Of a stretch of 11,631 nt of DNA, positions 6,697 through 11,631 are shown one piece after another. Origin of the DNA: Armatimonadota bacterium (GTDB taxonomy: Bacteria > Sysuimicrobiota > Sysuimicrobiia > Sysuimicrobiales > Humicultoraceae); contig JBQTJP010000171.1 of NCBI GenBank assembly GCA_052386995.1, forward strand, positions 1 to 11,631, written 5' to 3'. A program made the translations under genes and the position numbers. Every line of letters starts with the position of its first letter. The first letter of the stretch is position 1. Below the pieces are notes generated by a model. That model was not told the DNA's origin, did not search any database, and saw nothing but the letters and a program-made list of their open reading frames with translations.

Positions 6697-8822
6697 CGAG
6701 GAGCTCCCGTTGAGGATCCGACCTGCACCGGGCTGGTGATGTCGACGTGGATGATCAGGTTGTGCTGGGCATCGACGGTCAGCCGGTCTCCGGGCCACAG
6801 GACCGTCGTGGCTTCGGCTTCTTCCACGATTGCCGGGCCGGTGACCACCGCGTCGGAGGGCAACCGGTACCGGTCATAGACCGGCACCTCAACAAACCCA
6901 CCCGCTTCGGGGATGTACGCCTGGCGCGGAGCCTTTCCGCGCACCGGCAGGTCGCGCGCTTCTTCCAGACCCCGCAGACTGGCCGGCGGCACGGGTTCGG
7001 TGACTAAGACTCGCCAGTTCAGCGCCTGGACCGGGTATCCGGGCAGCGTGACACCGTACAGCGCGGCGTACGCCGCGTCAAACCGCTGCCGCAGCACCAC
7101 CGCGGCATCCGGCCCAAGTGGCGTGGGAACGGCCACCTCGATGTCGTGGAACTGCCCGACGTAGCGCATCTCTGCGCGGCGCTCGGAGCGCGTCCGCTGC
7201 GCGGAGGCTCCGGCGCCCGCCACCATCGAGGCCCCTCGCGATTCCAGCTCGGTATAGAGGTGCTCGACCGCGCTCCAATCGAGTTCCTCGAGCTCACCCG
7301 CAAGCGAGCGGCCGAAGTCGAACCCCAGTGGCGCCACGAGCAGGCCCAGGGCCGACGCGAGCCCGCAGGCCGGCGGGATCATCACCTCCCGCACCCCCAG
7401 GAGGCGAGCGAGCCTGGCGGCTGTCGCCGGCCCGGCGCCCCCGAATCCCATCACCGCGAAGCGGCGGGGGTCGCGGCCGCGCTCGATCAGATAGAGACGG
7501 GCCGCCTGCGCCATGCTCTCGCAAACGATCGCGAAGATGCCCCATGCGGTCTGGACGATGTCCAGCCCCAGTGGTTCCCCCGCGCGGGCCAGGGCCGCCC
7601 AGGCCGCGGCGGGATCGAGCGGCATCGCCCCGCCGAGGAAGGCGCGCGGATCGAAATACCCCAGCGCCACGCAGGCGTCGGTGACCGTGGCTTGCGTGCC
7701 GCCAAAGCCGTAGCAGGCCGGACCCGGGTCCGCCCCGGCGCTCTGCGGGCCTACCCGGAGCAGGCCCAGGTCGTCGACGCGCGCGAGCGATCCTCCGCCG
7801 GCACCAATCTCGATCATGTCCACGACCGGTGCCACGATGGGCAGTCCCGATCCCTTCCGAAAGCGGTGCACGCGCGCGATCTCCAGTTGCGGGGCGACCG
7901 CCGGACGCCCGTTGTGAACCAGGCAGACCTTCGCAGTCGTCCCGCCCATGTCGAAGCCGACGACGTCGGTGTGCCCGGCCTCTCGGCCCAGATACCCGGC
8001 CACGAGCGCGCCGGCGGCGGGCCCCGATTCCAGCAGGCGTACCGGAAACCGGCGCGCGACCTCGGGCGTCGTCAGGGTGCCGGAAGAGAGCATCAACAGA
8101 AAGCGTCCCGCAAATCCGTCCGCGCCGAGCGCGGCTTCCAGACGCTCGAGGTAGCGGGCCACGAGCGGCTGCACGTAGGCATTGCACACCGTGGTGCTCG
8201 TGCGCTCGTACTCACGGATCTCCGGCGCAACCTCGCTGCTGACCGAGATGGCCAGATGGGGGAAGTCCCGCGCGAGAAGATCTCGGACCATCCGTTCGTG
8301 GATCGGATTCTTGTACGCGTGGAGAAAACAGACCGCGATCGCCTCGATCCCGGATGCGGCCAGGCCGGAGATCTGCGCCGTGACGGCGGCCGGGTCCAGT
8401 GGCGTGCGCACCTCGCCGTCCCGCGTCACGCGCTCGCGCACCTCCATGCGCCACCGACGGGGCACGAGCGGCTCGGGGAAGCGCAGGAAGAGGTCGTAGA
8501 TATCGTAGCGCTGCTCCCGGCCGATCTCGAGGATATCGCGGAATCCCTCGCTCGCGAGCAGCACGGTCTTTGCGCCCGTGCGCTCGATGATCGCATTCGT
8601 CACCAGGGTCGTCGCGTGGATCACCGTCCCGACCTCGGCGAGCCCGATCCCGGCCTGCCCGCAGATGTCCCGCACTCCCCGAAGCGCTGCCTGGGCGGGG
8701 TCGGCGGGCGTGGTGAGGATCTTGTGCCCCCACAACTTCCCGGACGGATCGTGCATCAGCACCAGGTCCGTGAAGGTCCCGCCGATGTCCAGACCGATCC
8801 GGTAGGGCCCGGCGTTTCGCAT
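6693..8822 (-). CDS. Hydantoinase A / oxoprolinase family protein (HyuA-like ATP-binding subunit)
   Basis: Motifs DIGGTFTD, HATT, GFRDILEIGR, EYERTSTT, ESGPAAG, DMGGTTAK, IGAGGGS, VGPQSAGADPGPACYG, FGGAGP, MRYVGQ, GPAIVEE; starts 2 nt after the permease stop. Confidence 0.96.
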   Translation of the reverse strand: MRNAGPYRIGLDIGGTFTDLVLMHDPSGKLWGHKILTTPADPAQAALRGVRDICGQAGIGLAEVGTVIHATTLVTNAIIERTGAKTVLLASEGFRDILEIGREQRYDIYDLFLRFPEPLVPRRWRMEVRERVTRDGEVRTPLDPAAVTAQISGLAASGIEAIAVCFLHAYKNPIHERMVRDLLARDFPHLAISVSSEVAPEIREYERTSTTVCNAYVQPLVARYLERLEAALGADGFAGRFLLMLSSGTLTTPEVARRFPVRLLESGPAAGALVAGYLGREAGHTDVVGFDMGGTTAKVCLVHNGRPAVAPQLEIARVHRFRKGSGLPIVAPVVDMIEIGAGGGSLARVDDLGLLRVGPQSAGADPGPACYGFGGTQATVTDACVALGYFDPRAFLGGAMPLDPAAAWAALARAGEPLGLDIVQTAWGIFAIVCESMAQAARLYLIERGRDPRRFAVMGFGGAGPATAARLARLLGVREVMIPPACGLASALGLLVAPLGFDFGRSLAGELEELDWSAVEHLYTELESRGASMVAGAGASAQRTRSERRAEMRYVGQFHDIEVAVPTPLGPDAAVVLRQRFDAAYAALYGVTLPGYPVQALNWRVLVTEPVPPASLRGLEEARDLPVRGKAPRQAYIPEAGGFVEVPVYDRYRLPSDAVVTGPAIVEEAEATTVLWPGDRLTVDAQHNLIIHVDITSPVQVGSSTGAPR

Positions 8823-8824
8823 CG

Positions 8825-9646
8825 CTAGCGAGGGCCGCCCCAGTAGATGGATTCCAGGCCGACCAGCCGCTGGATCATGATGACGATCAGCACGCTGAGG
8901 GCCACGCTCAGCGTGGAGACCGCAGATGCCGTCGGTTCGAACGAGAAGCGCAGATAGTCGAATAGCGCGATCGGCAGCGTCGTATTCCCCACGCTGATCA
9001 GCAGCAGGGAGATCGGGAACTGGTCAAAACTCGTGATGAAGGCGAACAGGGCGCCTGAGATGATGCCGCCCTTGATGATGGGGAGGGTGATGCGCCAGAA
9101 CGTTCGGAACGGGCCGGCGCCCAGCGAGCGCGCCGCCTCCTCAAGTGAACGGTCAAAGTTCACCAGGACGGTCGAGACGGTCAGGAAGACATAGGGAATG
9201 GTCACGAGCACATGCCCGATGAACAGCGGCCGCATGCCGCGCGTGCCGATGCCTGTGGCATAGAAGAAGATGAGCAGCGCGATACCGGTCAGGATCGCCG
9301 GAAACTGAAGGGGCGCCACCAGCAGCAGACGCAAGACGTCACGCGCGCGCCGCGCGTAACGCACGGTGAAGAGCGCGGCCATGGTCCCCAGCACCGTGCT
9401 GGCCAGCGTCACGTACGTCGCGAGATAGAGGCTGAACTCGAATGCCCGCACGAACGACGGGCTCTGCGTGAATCGGACGAACCAGCGCAGTGAGAACCCC
9501 TGCGGAGGAAAGCGCAGGTACTCCCCTGCATTGAACGCCGAGGCGATGACGATGACGATGGGCGCGAGCAGAAACACGTAGAGCAGGGCGATGACGATGC
9601 CCAGCGCCCAGCCGCCCTGGCGGGGCCGTCCTACCGGACGGTCCAC
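8825..9646 (-). CDS. ABC transporter permease, PotC-like
   Basis: Only the last ~273 codons of the 576-aa track ORF are permease-like: FLLAPIVIVIASAFN...FPPQGFSLRWF...GHVLVTIPYV...LEEAARSLGA (EAA loop)...FITSFDQF...TLPI. Probable GTG start at 9646 overlaps the end of the upstream permease; exact start uncertain. Confidence 0.9.
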   Translation of the reverse strand: MDRPVGRPRQGGWALGIVIALLYVFLLAPIVIVIASAFNAGEYLRFPPQGFSLRWFVRFTQSPSFVRAFEFSLYLATYVTLASTVLGTMAALFTVRYARRARDVLRLLLVAPLQFPAILTGIALLIFFYATGIGTRGMRPLFIGHVLVTIPYVFLTVSTVLVNFDRSLEEAARSLGAGPFRTFWRITLPIIKGGIISGALFAFITSFDQFPISLLLISVGNTTLPIALFDYLRFSFEPTASAVSTLSVALSVLIVIMIQRLVGLESIYWGGPR

Positions 9647-10527
9647 ACGAGCGCCCGGTTGAGGAGCTTCACGTAGAGCCACAAGAGGCCCACCGTAACC
9701 CCGAATAGGATCATCGAGAGCGCCGAGCCCAACGGCCAGTTGAACGCGTCCAGCAGCATCTGGACGATGACGATCGGCATCATCAGAACGTTGTTGCCGC
9801 CCAGCAGGATCGGGATCACATAGGAACTCACCGCGAGCACGAACACCAGCAGCGTCCCCGCGAAAACGCCGGGCAAGGACAACCGCCAGGTGATGCGCCA
9901 GAAGGCGCGCCAGGGCGTCGCGCCGAGCGAGCGCGCGGCCCGCTCGATGTCGGGCGGGATCGTCTGCAGCGCCCCGGCGATCGACAGCGCCATGAATGGC
10001 AGATAGACATGTACGAGCCCGACGATGACGCCGAACGCGTTGTACATGAGTGGCAGCTCCGGGCCCCCGTACCGCTTGACGAACGTGTTGATGATCCCTA
10101 CACGGCCCAGCAGGATCATCCAGCCGAAACTGCGCACAATCACGCTCACCAGCAGCGGGGAGATGAGCATGATCAGCAGCAGGCCGCGCCAGCGCTTCGG
10201 CGCGCGGGCGATATGGTACGCGAGCGGATAGCCCAGCACCAGCGTCACGCCGGTGGTCACCAGCGCGTACCAGAACGTGTCCCGGAACACCTTCCAGTAG
10301 AACGCATCCCGCAGCGCCCGCGCGTAGTTCCCCAACGTGAAAATCTTCAAGTACGCTCCCTGCTCCGGTTTTATCAGGAAGCTCATGTAGACCATGTTCG
10401 CGTACGGAATCAGGAAGAAGACCGCCAAAAAGATCAGGATGGGGACGATCAGAAAGACGACCCAGGGGAGACGCCGGCCCCCGGACGAAGCCGGAGCCGC
10501 TGCCGCCGTGGCGTCGAGGCCGCCCAT
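9631..10527 (-). CDS. ABC transporter permease, PotB-like
   Basis: FTLGNY, LGYPLAY, VRSFGWMILLGRVGIIN, HVYLPFM, IERAARSLGA (EAA loop), SYVIPILLGG, NWPLGSA; multiple transmembrane segments. Confidence 0.95.
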   Translation of the reverse strand: MGGLDATAAAAPASSGGRRLPWVVFLIVPILIFLAVFFLIPYANMVYMSFLIKPEQGAYLKIFTLGNYARALRDAFYWKVFRDTFWYALVTTGVTLVLGYPLAYHIARAPKRWRGLLLIMLISPLLVSVIVRSFGWMILLGRVGIINTFVKRYGGPELPLMYNAFGVIVGLVHVYLPFMALSIAGALQTIPPDIERAARSLGATPWRAFWRITWRLSLPGVFAGTLLVFVLAVSSYVIPILLGGNNVLMMPIVIVQMLLDAFNWPLGSALSMILFGVTVGLLWLYVKLLNRALVWTVR

Positions 10528-10530
10528 GGG

Positions 10531-11577
10531 CTAGCCGTCCGCGCGGACGACCCACGCGTCCGCGGGCGAGAACCCGAGCTCCACGGCGGCCCCGGGCGCG
10601 AACATCCGCGAAGGATCGGCCTGCACGCGCAACCGCAGCCCGCCAGGGCCCTCCACCTGATAGTCGAGCAGGTTCCCCAGGAAGACCCGCTCGCGGACGA
10701 CGGCCGACAGGCGATTCGGATGCTGGCCCCCGAAGTGCAGCGACTCGGGCCGTACGCAGATCATGACATCACCCGCGGCCTCGCCCGTGCAGGAGAAGGT
10801 CCCCGCCGCCGTCCGCACCGCGAGCGCCCCGTCCTGACGCCCGGCCACGGTGCCGCGGATGAAGTTGGAGAGGCCGATGAACTCCGCCACCCAGGCGTTG
10901 CTTGGCCGCCGATAGATGTCCTCTGCCGAGCCGAGCTGCTGGAGCCGGCCGTCTTTCATCAGCGCGATGCGGTCGGCCAGCACCATCGCCTCGGATTGAT
11001 CGTGCGTCACATAAATTGTAGTGATGGCGAACTCCCGCTGGAGATGCCGGATGTAGAAGCGCATCTCTTCGCGCAGCTTCGCGTCCAGGTTGGCCAGGGG
11101 CTCATCGAGGAGCAGCACCGCCGGGTTGACGACCAACGCGCGCGCCAGGGCCACGCGCTGCTGCTGCCCGCCCGAGAGCTGATGCGCGTAGCGCCGCTCA
11201 AGCCCTGCCAGCTGCACCTTCCGGAGAATGGCCAGGACGCGCTCCCGGACGCGGGGGCTCGGTTCGCGGCGCATCTCCAGCCCGAACGCAATATTCTCCG
11301 CCACGGTCATATGGGGAAACAGCGCGTAGTTCTGAAAGACGATCCCGATATTGCGTGATTCCGGCGGCAGCCAGGTGACCGATCGGTCGCCGAAGGAGAT
11401 CTCTCCCGCGTCGGGCGCCTCGAACCCGCCGATCATCCGCAGCGTGGTTGTTTTGCCGCAGCCGGACGGCCCGAGGAGGGTGATGAGTTCACCCTCCCGG
11501 ATCGAAAGACTCAACCGATCAACGGCAACCAGCGAGTCGAAGCGCTTGGTCAGGTCCCGGAGCGTGATGGACGCCAC
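10531..11577 (-). CDS. ABC transporter ATP-binding protein, PotA/CysA/MalK-like with C-terminal TOBE-type region
   Basis: Walker A GPSGCGKT, Q-loop VFQNYALFPH, signature LSGGQQQR, Walker B LLLDEP, H-loop YVTHDQ; GTG start. Confidence 0.97.
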   Translation of the reverse strand: MASITLRDLTKRFDSLVAVDRLSLSIREGELITLLGPSGCGKTTTLRMIGGFEAPDAGEISFGDRSVTWLPPESRNIGIVFQNYALFPHMTVAENIAFGLEMRREPSPRVRERVLAILRKVQLAGLERRYAHQLSGGQQQRVALARALVVNPAVLLLDEPLANLDAKLREEMRFYIRHLQREFAITTIYVTHDQSEAMVLADRIALMKDGRLQQLGSAEDIYRRPSNAWVAEFIGLSNFIRGTVAGRQDGALAVRTAAGTFSCTGEAAGDVMICVRPESLHFGGQHPNRLSAVVRERVFLGNLLDYQVEGPGGLRLRVQADPSRMFAPGAAVELGFSPADAWVVRADG

Positions 11578-11604
11578 GGATGGCCCCGCATCACCTGTGC
11601 TCGA

Positions 11605-11631
11605 CTACCGGCCGACGATCTCCCGGTTCCA
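11605..11631 (-). CDS. Probable C-terminal end of the ABC substrate-binding protein (partial)
   Basis: Minus strand reads TGG AAC CGG GAG ATC GTC GGC CGG TAG = WNREIVGR*, resembling the W-N-R-E-I ending common in PotD-like binding proteins, 27 nt before the ATPase start. Only 8 residues are visible. Confidence 0.6.
   Translation of the reverse strand, partial: WNREIVGR

Noticed and set aside
6697..6798. 34-aa N-terminal extension of hydantoinase B in the ORF track
   Set aside because: Lies inside the A-subunit gene; family similarity begins at MNAAFDPVTLEI, whose ATG overlaps the A-subunit stop.
4846..8828. Long plus-strand ORFs 4846..6879 (677 aa) and 7146..8828 (560 aa)
   Set aside because: Codon-register antisense mirrors of the hydantoinase genes, expected in high-GC DNA; no domain motifs.
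9647..10555. 576-aa ORF suggesting a fused or frameshifted double permease
   Set aside because: Its first ~300 residues are an Arg/Ala-rich off-frame reading of the intact PotB-like gene; two separate overlapping permease genes explain the region.
10009..11358. 449-aa plus-strand ORF (and 2893..3996 on minus)
   Set aside because: Antisense shadows of the ABC genes and of the HD-GYP gene respectively.
8825..11577. Assigning potA/potB/potC symbols and spermidine/putrescine specificity
   Set aside because: Family membership is clear, but the binding protein is outside the window and the hydantoinase context suggests another substrate.

Overview
GC-rich bacterial chromosomal window with three parts. 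(1) Left, minus strand: the 5' ~270 codons of threonyl-tRNA synthetase (thrS, absent from the ORF track because its stop is outside the window), preceded by a near-consensus sigma70-type promoter and a complete Thr-specific T-box riboswitch (ACC specifier, antiterminator, terminator) with unusual structural additions. (2) Middle, plus strand: a putative exported zinc-hydrolase-fold protein and a membrane-anchored GAF/HD-GYP protein with an altered metal motif and an unrecognised C-terminal domain. (3) Right, minus strand: a tightly packed operon of a PotABCD-type ABC importer (only the last codons of the binding protein are visible), a hydantoinase/oxoprolinase A+B pair and an exported six-bladed NHL-type beta-propeller with very homogeneous 48-aa repeats. 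The operon ends in a 4-bp stop-codon overlap with the HD-GYP gene. No mobile element, CRISPR array, tRNA or rRNA was seen. All calls come from reading motifs by eye; no searches were run.
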